Positions 19,310 through 30,151 of a stretch of DNA of 64,000 nt are shown here, one piece after another. The translations under genes and the position numbers were made by a program. This stretch comes from a virus. Taxonomy: Duplodnaviria; Caudoviricetes. How positions within the stretch are numbered: the stretch's first letter is position 1; every line of letters begins with the position of its first letter. The notes beneath the pieces are model-generated. The model made no database searches and was not told the DNA's origin. It saw only the letters and a program-made list of their open reading frames with translations. Location of the stretch: the IMG/VR virus record IMGVR_UViG_3300027898_000001; one strand, given 5' to 3'.

Positions 19310-20754
19310 CAGTAAGTAATGTTACTCCAGATTTCCAATTACTCTATGACCAACTGTCTGCCAAACTTGCGGCTAAACCTACTTGGATAGATACTTTACC
19401 TACTAGTGTTGGTACAACGATACTAGATTTGTTTGCAGGTAGTTCAGTATCGAACCAGTATTACATTGACGTTAGTTTACGTGAAGCGTTCTTACCCGTA
19501 GCGGTTAGAGATACGAGTATATTCGCAGGCACGCGAATGTTAGGTGTAAATATCGCTAGAAAGACCTGCGCTAGCCTAACAGCCGAACTGTCGAATTATA
19601 GTACATCAACGAAGTATGTACCGCCTTACACACAATTCGACGTTAATGGTGTTCAAGCATTCGTTCGATCACAGTATGTTATACCGCCAGGTCAAACAAT
19701 TTCAAATGTTAATATGTACGTAGGTACGTATGCGGAACAGACCATTTCTTTAGCAGATATGACAGACCTGGCACTCAAAGAGTTCTTTCTCAATGAGCCG
19801 GGTTTTGTCGTTTCTGAGGCGGACTTGTTAGTATTCACACGTAATAGAAACACAGGCTCAGTTACATCTTGGACTAAAACAGATAAAGCTATTTTTGAAC
19901 ATACTGCTGACGATACTGTTTATTTTGGTAGTACAACAAGGGATGGTGATGTTAGCCTATTCTTTGGTGATGGTCAATTCGGTAAAGCATTATCTTTGGA
20001 AGAAGACCTAATTATTCAGTACGCTAAAACAACAGGTGCTGCTGGTAATGTAGGTCTACCTGGTCTTGCCATTAAACAAGTTTCAGATACTAGTGTTAAG
20101 GGTAAATCTATTTCTGCAATTGCAGGTGGTTCAGATGAGAAAAACTCACTGTACTATAAGATGTTTGCACCTAACATGGCTCGTACTAAACGCCGCAGTA
20201 TTTCTACAGCAGATATTCGCAGCACTATAATGGGTATCGCAGGTGTAGCCGATTGTGCTACATTCGGTCAACGCGATATAGCACCAAATGACTATCGTTG
20301 GATGAATACAATTCGTATATGTTTACTTCCTGAAAACGATGATGTGTTTGGCGGTACTAATCCAAATCCCAAGTCGGCTGCGTGGCAGTCTATTCTTGAT
20401 GTGCTACGTCCAATGTTGCATGACGCTTATAATATCCAGACTTGGAACCCATCTAAGTTGTTTGTTAATGTTAAAGTGCGTATTGCACTATTGCCTACAG
20501 CATTGGATGGTGAAGTACAGATTGCAGCTGCGGAAGCTATATTGAAATTGTTTAAGAAGAAACCAGGTATCTTAGGACGCAGATTGTCGCAGTCAGATAT
20601 TATGGGCGCAATAAAAGGTATTAAAGGTGTAGATTATGTTATTGTAGACAGCCCCATAGAAGAAGTTATTCCATCTGACGCCACATCCTATGTTGTGTTA
20701 AACGGTATTCCAGACATTTCTACGTTCTATTCTGAGCGTTCACTCTCGGTGTAA
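19306..20754 (+). CDS. Baseplate wedge protein, T4 gp6/baseplate J-like
   Basis: GTG start; FGDGQFGK, GAAGN, GGSDE, R.IST.D pattern typical of gp6/J. Confidence 0.85.
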   Translation: MTVSNVTPDFQLLYDQLSAKLAAKPTWIDTLPTSVGTTILDLFAGSSVSNQYYIDVSLREAFLPVAVRDTSIFAGTRMLGVNIARKTCASLTAELSNYSTSTKYVPPYTQFDVNGVQAFVRSQYVIPPGQTISNVNMYVGTYAEQTISLADMTDLALKEFFLNEPGFVVSEADLLVFTRNRNTGSVTSWTKTDKAIFEHTADDTVYFGSTTRDGDVSLFFGDGQFGKALSLEEDLIIQYAKTTGAAGNVGLPGLAIKQVSDTSVKGKSISAIAGGSDEKNSLYYKMFAPNMARTKRRSISTADIRSTIMGIAGVADCATFGQRDIAPNDYRWMNTIRICLLPENDDVFGGTNPNPKSAAWQSILDVLRPMLHDAYNIQTWNPSKLFVNVKVRIALLPTALDGEVQIAAAEAILKLFKKKPGILGRRLSQSDIMGAIKGIKGVDYVIVDSPIEEVIPSDATSYVVLNGIPDISTFYSERSLSV

Positions 20755-20759
20755 TAAAA

Positions 20760-23700
20760 ATGGCAGCAGAACAAATAGTCTTTGAGAAACTACAGCCCAG
20801 CATGTTTGAAAATCAACCTATGTGGTTAGATTTCTTCACAGCATTATCAGAAGTTATTCAAGAACAGATTCGTGAACCTATTGGTGAATTGGAAGACATT
20901 CGACACATCGTAGAAACAACTGATCCATTCATCATTGCTAACACTATTAAGCAATTGGGGTTCGACATTCCAGCAGACTTAATTCAAAGTAACATTGACC
21001 GACTGAGTCGTTCTGTGTACATGTTGAGTTTGTTCCACGAAATTAGCGGTACACACGATTTTAAACGCTCTATTGCGTATGTATTAGGTCGTGATGTTGA
21101 AGTTACCAATCTGTTCACAAATGACTACACCAATTTCTATGCAGAGCCGCAAGGTCCGCTATTACAAGATGGTGGTGATTGGTACGGCACTACACATATT
21201 GATCTTGGTATGGAATTATTACCCGATGATCGTGGTCTGATATTACCAATTGGTAAAACACTTGAAGACCGTTTGCTTGCTGCGTATTTTGAATTTGCAC
21301 CTATAAATCAAGTAGTAAACAAGTTTTATTTTATTACAAACATACAAGCTGAATTAGATATGACTGCTGCGGTGTTTGTGAATCCTGTGCATTACAGAAC
21401 TGTTGGTGATGGTGTACATAACGTATTATCTGTCCGTAGTTTAGCTCCAATCTCTGTAGAATCTGAATCTAGCATACCCCTACAGGCTCAGGCTCTGTTT
21501 TCTCAAGTCCCCTGTTATGATGTTAGTACAATTGCTTACGGTACCGCAGCTTCTGTTAAGACTGATGCAGATATAACGGCACTTACTACTGTGACCCATA
21601 CCGCTACACAAAACATCACGCTATCCATACCTGCAGGTCAGTTTGGTTATATTGCGAGCCCTGTTGAATTAGGTAATCTCACGTTCACCGACTCTAATGG
21701 TTTCTCTGGTGGATGGGATGGTGCTACTTGGGTAGATGGTACTGTTGGTGCAACTACTGGTCCAATTGTAGTTAAGCGTCTGATTGACAGTCAATTCAGA
21801 GATTGGAATTTGTACCGTACAGATTTCCCTGCACTAGGTTCTGTTACATACACTGTTACAGTGCAATACAATCGTAAGAGTTCATGTGACGTTGTTGACA
21901 AGACTGTGATATTACCGCCAGCTCCACCACCTACAGTCTGTACTCCAACTTCTGTACCTATATTTCCTATTTATGGTACAGGTTTAGCAGGATACAATTC
22001 AGGCTCTGTTTTAGACTCATTGCAATACGCATTACCTAGTACATCGAATCAACCTTTTACGTTAAACATTGATAACGGTAAATATGGGTACTTTGCATAT
22101 CCTATAGCACTTGGTATGGCATCATTCACAGATAGTAATGGTCTACAAGGTGGTTGGGATGGTGCGGGATGGCCTACAGATGGAAGTATTGGTACTACTA
22201 CAGGTCCTGTAGCTGTAACACGTACGCTACAAGGTAATACAGTATCCTACTATCTTTATCGCACAGATTTCCCCAGCTTAGGTAGCACTACGTTTAACGT
22301 GACGTTTGAACACGCAGGTACAGCACTTTCAATAACAGTTTCCAATTGCCCAACAAATTGTGTTTCTGGTTATCCTGTTATAGCTCAAGGTAATGAAGGT
22401 CTTATCACAGACGCTGGTATTACAGCAGCTATTGTGCAGACATTGACAACTACCGCGAATACTGCAATCACGACAACTCCTACGGATGCTCAGTTTGCGT
22501 ATTTTGTGTATCCAGTTGAACTTGGTCTTGCCACATTCACTGACTCTAATGGTTTTATTGGGGGTTGGGATGGAGCTACTTGGGCAGTAGGTGATATAGG
22601 TAGCACATACGGACCCAAAACTATAAGTAGAACTGTGAACACAGTAACTTCTAACTGGTATGTGTATCGCACTGACTTTGCAGGCATTGATGCTACGTTT
22701 AATGTGGCGTTTACGTCAGGTAATCTATGTGTAGGTTTAAACATCGTTGTTAATCCCGTATCTTGTGTTGTTTCTTCTGCACCTAGATACGGCACTGGAT
22801 TTGAACTAGCTACAGATACACAATTGAACACCTTAACTGCTATATCTGATATGGCACAACACTCTTTCACTATAAATGTACCCGCTGGACAATACGGTTA
22901 CTTTGCGAGTCCTGCGGCTTTGGGTAAAGTTACATTTACTGATACGAATGGTTTTGTAGGTGGCTGGGACGGAGCACGTTGGCCTGTTGATGTTATAGGT
23001 AGCGATGCCGGACCTTCACTTGTAATGCACACAGTTGGTACGAATGATGTACCATGGTATTTATATCGCACAGATTTCCCTGCTCTAGGTTCTGTTACAT
23101 ACACTGTGTCTTACGAAAACAACTTATCAATAGGTACATTAGGTTCTAATTGTCAAATAAGCATTCCACATGCGTCAGATTTTGTAAAAGGTGTTGCACC
23201 TACTTCACCACATTTTCCTGTTTATGGGCTAGGTGTTATCGGAATTCATAACGATAGTGGTATATTGTCGTTGACTTCGCAATTCGTATCAAACGCGAAT
23301 GCTACGTTCACGATAAATGTAACCTCAGGTCATTACGGTTATTTCGCTACTCCAAGTAATCTAGGTATAGCTGAATTTACAAATACGTCCACTAATCTGC
23401 AAGGTGGATGGGATGGAGCTAGTTGGCCTTCAGATGGTAGTATTGGAATTCAGAATGGTCCTATAGCGGTCTTACGTAACATTGGCGGTATTGTGCAAAC
23501 GTGGTATTTATATCGCACTGATTTTCCTGGTATTGGTAACGCTACTTATAAAGTTTCGTTTGGACATGCCGAGGAAAATACAGGTTACACAGTCATTCGT
23601 TTAATAAGTCCAACGTGGTCAACAGATCGACCAGATCTAGTTACATTTGATTTACTAGGTGTAGCACACTTCAACAAAGTTACTGTAGATACTATTGTCC

Positions 23701-26700
23701 ACGTAACAGCGTCGTATCAGGGTGTTAATGATACAGTTGCGATTACGTTAAAGGCAACAGCACCCGCACTATTACACGCTACGCTGACTGGGCCTGATAC
23801 ACTTGTTGGTGGACAAAGTGGTATATTTGGAATGGACGGTTATTACTCAGATGGTTTCTATCGCCCTGTTGTTGGTGCAATATACTCTGTGTTAAATCCA
23901 TACGCTAGATTTACCAACGAAACACTTTCTTCTGATAATCCACCAGTAGATCAAACACTTTATGTACAAGGTAGTTATACGAATGCTGATGGTAGCGTTG
24001 TACAAGCTACAGGCAATACTCTGCTTACTCATGTGAACACTAACTTATATGTTATGGATATGAGTATTGCAGGTCCTGCTACAATCATTGAAGGTACTAC
24101 CGTTCAATACGTTGCAAATGTATTGTATAGCAATGGTACTTCCAAGCCAGAACTAGTGTTGTGGGAAACTTCAACACCAAGTTTATATATAGATCAGCAA
24201 GGTAATGCTACGGCAAACAGACCGAATAACAATTATAGTGCTACAATTACAGCTACGTTCCAATTCAATGGTGCTAAAACTGTATCTACAAAACCTGTAA
24301 ATGTAACTATAGTAACTGTAACACCTAAATCACTTACAATTGCAGGTCCTGTTAGTGTTTCAGAATTATCCGCAGCGCAGTATCAAGCCAGATTAACTTG
24401 GAGCGATAATAGCACTATCTATGTTGCAGCTAGTTGGAGTACAAGCAAGTTTAGTATAGATAACACAGGTTTGTTATCAACAGGTAGTGTTAGTGCAGAT
24501 ACACCGTTGACCATAAATGCAATTGCTAATGGTCTGTCTGCACAAGCCTCTGTAACTGTACACGTAACGCAAGTTACTTTAGAGCATATAACGATCATTG
24601 GACCAGATAACGTATTAGAAGGTGTTAATGCTACTTACCGATGTTTAGCCCACTACAGCACAGGTAAAGATGTTGAAGTTACGGCTACCATGAGTGTAAC
24701 AGGTAACCCCTCGTTTGTTAGTTTAAGCGCTGGTGTGTTGAGTGTATTTGCACCTACAGCAAGTTCAATAGAATTAGTAGCTAGTTATACTGCTGGCCTG
24801 GTTACCTACACTCAGAAAAAGCTTATTGTAGTTATTCCTAAAATAGCGTTGATAAGTGGATTAACAATAGCAGGACCATCAGAGGTATTAGAATCTAAAC
24901 GAATTTCTCTTTCTGCGACTGCGTTATATACGGATGGTACTACACATATCGTGCAACCACAATGGTCTGTTATGTCACCAGATGTTACTAACGACCCAGA
25001 AGCTGCGGCAGACGTTGTATCTCCTGGTGTTTTACAAGGCAGAATCGTTGATAAAGATACCAAAGTTATTGTAGTTGCTACTTACTTTAAAGAAGTGGCG
25101 TATTATCCTATTGTAGTTAAAGATTACACACCTCCTGGTCCTGATGTGCCTATTACGTATCGCATTGATGGTCCTGATCAGATAACAACATCACAAATAG
25201 GTTCTTACACATTGTTATGTAAGTTTCAAAACTGCCCTAGTGTGTTGTCGCTGTCGAACGATTGGGCACTAGATGTAGATAACACAGTAGCTATCATTGA
25301 TAACAATGGATATTTGCGCAGTATAAATCACCAACCAGCTACAGTGGTAGTTAATGCTACGTGGAGCTATAACGGTCATGCTATTCAAGATAAGAAAACA
25401 GTATTAATTGTAGATGATGTTTTCATAAATCAAATACTATTATCAGGACCTAGCACCGTCGATAAGAATAGTACTGCACAGTTTTCTGTAGAAACATTTA
25501 CTAATAAACAAACACTTGTTCAAGGCCAAGGTGCAGTACCCGGTTCTGGTCAAGTTGTGTGGTCTGTTACTGGCAGTTCTTTAGTTACAATAGATCAGAC
25601 TGGTTTGTTAAAAACTGGTGATTTGCAATCGAATGTTACAGTTACAATAAGTGCGGTGTTCAATGATGGTCACCATTCTGCAATCACTGCAACATCTAGT
25701 GTGCTTGTACATGGTGCACCGCCCGCAATCGTATCTGCCAATTTGTTGGGTAGTTTGTCCACACTTGAAGGTGGTGTTTTGCAATTCAGTGTTGAAGTGT
25801 TTCGAGCTGGAATGACTACATTACCAGGAACAGGCTTACCAGTTAATCCGAGTACATTGGTGTTTGCTGTTACATCAGGCAGCATTGATAGTACAGGTAA
25901 GTACACAACACCTAGCAACCTGACAGCCGACGCTACAAGCACGTTGACCATAACTGGTGTTTATGAAAACTATAGTATCAGTATTTCTAAAACAATTACG
26001 GTACAACACAAAGTAGCCATAGCTGCCTTGTTTACAGGACCTTCATCTATTGCAACAGGTGGAACTGGTACGTATTCCGTTGAAGTGTTTTACACAGGCG
26101 AAACTGTAATTGCAGGTCATGGTCGCGTTAACCCCCCTGAAGCTGTGTTTAGTCTTGTCAGTGCACCAAGTGCAATTACATTAGCTAATAGAGTTGTTAC
26201 AGTACCTAGCACGTTCACCTCAGGTGCTTCTTATACTATGCAAGTTGTTGTAGGTACTGTAACTAAAACTATTGCAGTCACCACAACCGCGGTTATGGCG
26301 TTTCAAAAAATAAATGCCCGCGCACTTAGTTTACCTGCAGCTTATAACTTTGGAGTCCAGTCAGGAACAGGATTTAACTATGCTAATGGTTTTACTATAT
26401 ACGATGCAAATAATGTTTTAATTGCTGGGTGTACATCAACAAATCAACAAGCTCCCCTTGTACTTAACCCTAATTTATATTCAGGCACAGGGCTAACGAC
26501 CTATCCTTTGCATATATCTGGAGCAACTGGAGCATCAACCGCAGGAGGAGCTATTAACTATAATGGTTCAGCTGGGAATTTTATTTTATTCTTAAATAAC
26601 TCTAAATTGTACTATACATATTTTGATGGAAGTGCTTGGTTACCTACAACTTATATAGACTTATCATCTTTAGTCTCTCTTACTGCGGGTTACGCGTATA

Positions 26701-27548
26701 GTATACAAAGTTACATTCGACCTTATTACAAGAAAGTTTCTGATGGTACTGAATTTATTTTTATTCAAGTAACGTTGGAGTATGTTAAAACAGGACTGCC
26801 TGTTTTACCGTACTACGGTCTTCGAGTATATAAAATAGTTGGAAATTCACTACAATTTGTTCAAGAAATTTCTTTGCCTACTGATGGTGTTTCTGGAACA
26901 ATAAGCCGTATTTTTGTATTTGATGCGGCTTATTCAAATTTTCCTAATGACATAATGGATTTTTGTTGTAGGTTGCAGTTATCTACTGGCGCATCTTTAT
27001 ATAATAGAGTATCGTATATATATGATGGTTCGTCTTTTACTGAAAGTCTGCCTACGTATAAACCTAACACTTTAGGTTTTTATGGTTGTATGTACTACAG
27101 TATAAATTCTCAAATATATTGCATTTCACAAATGTGTAGCGTTATAACAAATAACACACAGACGCCGGGTCAAATGATATTAAGTTCTGTAGATTCTACA
27201 ACAGGTGAATTGAAAACAGTACAGACTATTGGAACAGCAACACCAGTATCAGGTAATGTTGGCACACAAACACCAGCAGTATCCTATGATAACAAGTATT
27301 GCGCAATACTTGTTAGTTCGACGGCGTCACACATTAGTAGTTATATATCACTGTACTCCATTTCACAAAGTACGGGTCAGTTAACATTTATGCGATACAT
27401 AACATACGCAGATATGGGGCTTCCTGCTATTTCAGGTTCTAGTGTGAATGAAATAAAATTTATGCCAGATAACAAAACACTCGTGTTGAAAATAGATATA
27501 GCACCTACTGCAACTTCAGGAGGCTTTTTCTATATAATCAGTGGCTAA
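20760..27548 (+). CDS. Giant baseplate/fibre protein, 2262 aa: wedge (gp7/P2 I-like) N-terminus, five GGWDGA repeats, Ig-like repeats, C-terminal beta-propeller-like tip
   Basis: The N-terminus follows the gp6 homologue. Repeats I.GP..V......Y.A...YS.G resemble Big_2/Ig-like domains. The last ~400 aa differ in composition. Confidence 0.8.
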   Translation: MAAEQIVFEKLQPSMFENQPMWLDFFTALSEVIQEQIREPIGELEDIRHIVETTDPFIIANTIKQLGFDIPADLIQSNIDRLSRSVYMLSLFHEISGTHDFKRSIAYVLGRDVEVTNLFTNDYTNFYAEPQGPLLQDGGDWYGTTHIDLGMELLPDDRGLILPIGKTLEDRLLAAYFEFAPINQVVNKFYFITNIQAELDMTAAVFVNPVHYRTVGDGVHNVLSVRSLAPISVESESSIPLQAQALFSQVPCYDVSTIAYGTAASVKTDADITALTTVTHTATQNITLSIPAGQFGYIASPVELGNLTFTDSNGFSGGWDGATWVDGTVGATTGPIVVKRLIDSQFRDWNLYRTDFPALGSVTYTVTVQYNRKSSCDVVDKTVILPPAPPPTVCTPTSVPIFPIYGTGLAGYNSGSVLDSLQYALPSTSNQPFTLNIDNGKYGYFAYPIALGMASFTDSNGLQGGWDGAGWPTDGSIGTTTGPVAVTRTLQGNTVSYYLYRTDFPSLGSTTFNVTFEHAGTALSITVSNCPTNCVSGYPVIAQGNEGLITDAGITAAIVQTLTTTANTAITTTPTDAQFAYFVYPVELGLATFTDSNGFIGGWDGATWAVGDIGSTYGPKTISRTVNTVTSNWYVYRTDFAGIDATFNVAFTSGNLCVGLNIVVNPVSCVVSSAPRYGTGFELATDTQLNTLTAISDMAQHSFTINVPAGQYGYFASPAALGKVTFTDTNGFVGGWDGARWPVDVIGSDAGPSLVMHTVGTNDVPWYLYRTDFPALGSVTYTVSYENNLSIGTLGSNCQISIPHASDFVKGVAPTSPHFPVYGLGVIGIHNDSGILSLTSQFVSNANATFTINVTSGHYGYFATPSNLGIAEFTNTSTNLQGGWDGASWPSDGSIGIQNGPIAVLRNIGGIVQTWYLYRTDFPGIGNATYKVSFGHAEENTGYTVIRLISPTWSTDRPDLVTFDLLGVAHFNKVTVDTIVHVTASYQGVNDTVAITLKATAPALLHATLTGPDTLVGGQSGIFGMDGYYSDGFYRPVVGAIYSVLNPYARFTNETLSSDNPPVDQTLYVQGSYTNADGSVVQATGNTLLTHVNTNLYVMDMSIAGPATIIEGTTVQYVANVLYSNGTSKPELVLWETSTPSLYIDQQGNATANRPNNNYSATITATFQFNGAKTVSTKPVNVTIVTVTPKSLTIAGPVSVSELSAAQYQARLTWSDNSTIYVAASWSTSKFSIDNTGLLSTGSVSADTPLTINAIANGLSAQASVTVHVTQVTLEHITIIGPDNVLEGVNATYRCLAHYSTGKDVEVTATMSVTGNPSFVSLSAGVLSVFAPTASSIELVASYTAGLVTYTQKKLIVVIPKIALISGLTIAGPSEVLESKRISLSATALYTDGTTHIVQPQWSVMSPDVTNDPEAAADVVSPGVLQGRIVDKDTKVIVVATYFKEVAYYPIVVKDYTPPGPDVPITYRIDGPDQITTSQIGSYTLLCKFQNCPSVLSLSNDWALDVDNTVAIIDNNGYLRSINHQPATVVVNATWSYNGHAIQDKKTVLIVDDVFINQILLSGPSTVDKNSTAQFSVETFTNKQTLVQGQGAVPGSGQVVWSVTGSSLVTIDQTGLLKTGDLQSNVTVTISAVFNDGHHSAITATSSVLVHGAPPAIVSANLLGSLSTLEGGVLQFSVEVFRAGMTTLPGTGLPVNPSTLVFAVTSGSIDSTGKYTTPSNLTADATSTLTITGVYENYSISISKTITVQHKVAIAALFTGPSSIATGGTGTYSVEVFYTGETVIAGHGRVNPPEAVFSLVSAPSAITLANRVVTVPSTFTSGASYTMQVVVGTVTKTIAVTTTAVMAFQKINARALSLPAAYNFGVQSGTGFNYANGFTIYDANNVLIAGCTSTNQQAPLVLNPNLYSGTGLTTYPLHISGATGASTAGGAINYNGSAGNFILFLNNSKLYYTYFDGSAWLPTTYIDLSSLVSLTAGYAYSIQSYIRPYYKKVSDGTEFIFIQVTLEYVKTGLPVLPYYGLRVYKIVGNSLQFVQEISLPTDGVSGTISRIFVFDAAYSNFPNDIMDFCCRLQLSTGASLYNRVSYIYDGSSFTESLPTYKPNTLGFYGCMYYSINSQIYCISQMCSVITNNTQTPGQMILSSVDSTTGELKTVQTIGTATPVSGNVGTQTPAVSYDNKYCAILVSSTASHISSYISLYSISQSTGQLTFMRYITYADMGLPAISGSSVNEIKFMPDNKTLVLKIDIAPTATSGGFFYIISG
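21520..23580 (+). repeat. Five tandem ~135-148-aa GGWDGA/YRTDF domains
   Basis: GGWDG cores at about 21708, 22149, 22560, 22959 and 23403. Confidence 0.85.
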
Positions 27549-27588
27549 GATACACTATAATTTAGATCAAACCTTTTAGGAGAATGTT

Positions 27589-27813
27589 ATGAAAGTTAAT
27601 TTACCTTCTGGCAGTGGTGTTGTAGTAAATCCACTAGCCCGTCCACCAGTTCAACATCAACAAGAAAGTGTTTCAAGCAATGCTATGATACTTGAAATGC
27701 CAGGTATCTGTCCTAAATGTGGAAAACAAATGGGGATTGCTTATTCTGGTGGTGAACAGACATTTTACTGCCAATCTGATCGCGTTTGCCTTCCACTGCC
27801 TATAGCTGAATAA
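27589..27813 (+). CDS. Small zinc-ribbon protein
   Basis: CPKCG...YCQSDRVC; AGGAG RBS. Confidence 0.75.
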   Translation: MKVNLPSGSGVVVNPLARPPVQHQQESVSSNAMILEMPGICPKCGKQMGIAYSGGEQTFYCQSDRVCLPLPIAE

Positions 27814-27825
27814 CAGGAATATACC

Positions 27826-30150
27826 ATGGGTGATAACATCCTACATTTGACAGACTTGGGACTCAAGGCGGCGCTCAATGCGTCTGCCTCTGGTATTTTA
27901 ATTGATGTTGAAAGTTATAAGATTGGTGATAGTGACCTGAATTCATCAGATGCAGATTTAGATATTCATGGTAACATCTTAATTCAAGGCACTATAGGTT
28001 ATGTTGAAGTCATTAGCAACAACGTAGTGCGTTTCACCTTTCGTATAAATCCATCTGCAATAGGCGCAGGTCTTATATGCAAAGAGATTGGTGTATTCTT
28101 ACCGAACAACATTATGTTCGGTCGTTGCGTATTCGACACACCATTGCAATTGATTCAAGGTGAAACGCACGAGCTGAGCGTTCTGTTATCTACAACCAAA
28201 TGTGACGTTGGTGTTATCAATGTAGCGTTTGGTAGTTACAGTAGCATTCCAAGTACACCGTCAGAAGTAACATTAGGGCCACCGGACTCTAGCGACTTTA
28301 ACGTAGTATCTGTGTTGAGTTTGATTGAGAATGCTGATGGTACTACATCTGCAGGTGTAGCGTTGAAATTTGGTGCAGGCTCGTTGCAGTGGGCATTTAG
28401 TGGATATGATCGCATATTCTCAGGCTTACCTAATTCTGGTGCATCTAATTCAGAATTCACAGCAACTGGCCTTTTAGGCTCTGTATCATTCCAGAGCGGT
28501 GAAGTAGTGCTCGTTTATGTTGTATCAGGACCTGCTCGTGGTCAGACTCGTAAATTCTACTTCAATAGTGCGACACAAACCTTTAAATTGAAGTCAGATA
28601 CCGCGTTCTTAAACTTCGATACAACATGTACTGTAGTTGTATGGCGAAAGTTGTCTGGCTCAGGAGGTAGCGTTAATACTTATCCACCTCAGATGACTAA
28701 TATTCCAAATGATTGGGTGTTGACACGCGGCGTTGCTAACTTACCTGTATGGGCACCTCCTAAAAACACAGGTAGTAATCTTAATACGCTGTACATTGCT
28801 CCAGGTAGAATGCGCGTAGCATCATTGAACGATACAGGTAATGGTACACAATCACGTTATTCTTTAGGTAACATCATTGTTAAGAACGTAAACTATTGCT
28901 CACCTGCACTCGGCGGTATTACTCAGCATAAGACAGCGTTTGATATTAGTTCAGCAGAATTAGAATTTTCTGAAAACATTCCAGAGAATACTCCGATTGA
29001 TTTTCGTCTTATTACGAAAGAGCCTGGAACTGGTACGTATGTTGACATAGTTACTAACACATTCACCGGTGATGGAAGTACGCAATCGTTTTCTCTATCA
29101 CAACCCATTGAAAGTTCTCAGTACGTGTGGGCATATATCGAAGGTATTCGTCAAAGCACGACAACTTACAACTATGATCCAAATTCTCAAAGCATTGTGT
29201 TTGTATCACCTATTCCAGATGGTCTGGAATTAGAATGTAGTTTGTTTGTGATGAAGCAAGAAGAAGGTTACTCTACAGAGGTTGTTAGTACGACCACAGT
29301 TACTGTTGGTGATACATTGTTCATCGAATTGCCTGTATCTCCGCAGACAAAGAACCACACATTTGTTTCAGTTAGCGGTACGCATATTCATCGTAAACTG
29401 TACTCGCTTGTTGATAACATGATTGTGTTGTCTTCTGCTGCGCCTGGAAACTTGCAAATAGAAGTAACAATATTCAATAACGTGTTAAGTAATGGTACAC
29501 CACAAACTAATCTTGTTGGTATTGTAAAAGATGCTGTGGTAACACACAAAAATATTAAGCTATTACGCCATGACGCTCCTGATGTTATACTGCCTATTCC
29601 GCAGATAAATTTCATGAGCGGTGCTGGCATGCGCATTGATGGTGTATATCCTAATTACAAGATTAGTAGTACGTTGGCTGAACAGTACACACCTACAACC
29701 GACTTTAAAATAAGTACGCGCAGTAGATTAGAAGATACCAGTGAGATTGTTTATACACAACGTATTACTCTTACTGATAGTATTCGCATGATGATTTGTG
29801 CGGATTTTTCTGCACGTCTTGGGCCCGGATTTGCGTCTGTAGACGGATTAGAAGTTATCCAGTATGTTATAGGCTTTAGAACTACAGGTAACAACGAACC
29901 CGAGTACGGTCGCGATATTAAAGGTACAGGTGTTGCAGGCTTTAGTTCTCTGCAAGGGGTTAGTACGCATGGCGCTACCGCAATAGCTAACGCATCTTTA
30001 ACCCAAGTGTTAGATATTGTTAAGTCAAACGTACCTGCTGGTTATGTTGATATTGTTGTTAAGATGCGTGTACAAAACGCAAACATTGCCCAGTACGGTA
30101 GTCTTTTATTATTAGATATAAATGTGCTCGCCCTTCCTGTGGTGAATTAA
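27826..30150 (+). CDS. Tail-collar/baseplate fibre-attachment protein, 774 aa
   Basis: N-terminus LTDLG..A...A..GI.I....YKIGD resembles the P2 gpH/DUF3751 collar domain; internal F.GDGST..F.L-type repeats. Confidence 0.75.
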   Translation: MGDNILHLTDLGLKAALNASASGILIDVESYKIGDSDLNSSDADLDIHGNILIQGTIGYVEVISNNVVRFTFRINPSAIGAGLICKEIGVFLPNNIMFGRCVFDTPLQLIQGETHELSVLLSTTKCDVGVINVAFGSYSSIPSTPSEVTLGPPDSSDFNVVSVLSLIENADGTTSAGVALKFGAGSLQWAFSGYDRIFSGLPNSGASNSEFTATGLLGSVSFQSGEVVLVYVVSGPARGQTRKFYFNSATQTFKLKSDTAFLNFDTTCTVVVWRKLSGSGGSVNTYPPQMTNIPNDWVLTRGVANLPVWAPPKNTGSNLNTLYIAPGRMRVASLNDTGNGTQSRYSLGNIIVKNVNYCSPALGGITQHKTAFDISSAELEFSENIPENTPIDFRLITKEPGTGTYVDIVTNTFTGDGSTQSFSLSQPIESSQYVWAYIEGIRQSTTTYNYDPNSQSIVFVSPIPDGLELECSLFVMKQEEGYSTEVVSTTTVTVGDTLFIELPVSPQTKNHTFVSVSGTHIHRKLYSLVDNMIVLSSAAPGNLQIEVTIFNNVLSNGTPQTNLVGIVKDAVVTHKNIKLLRHDAPDVILPIPQINFMSGAGMRIDGVYPNYKISSTLAEQYTPTTDFKISTRSRLEDTSEIVYTQRITLTDSIRMMICADFSARLGPGFASVDGLEVIQYVIGFRTTGNNEPEYGRDIKGTGVAGFSSLQGVSTHGATAIANASLTQVLDIVKSNVPAGYVDIVVKMRVQNANIAQYGSLLLLDINVLALPVVN

Positions 30151-30151
30151 T

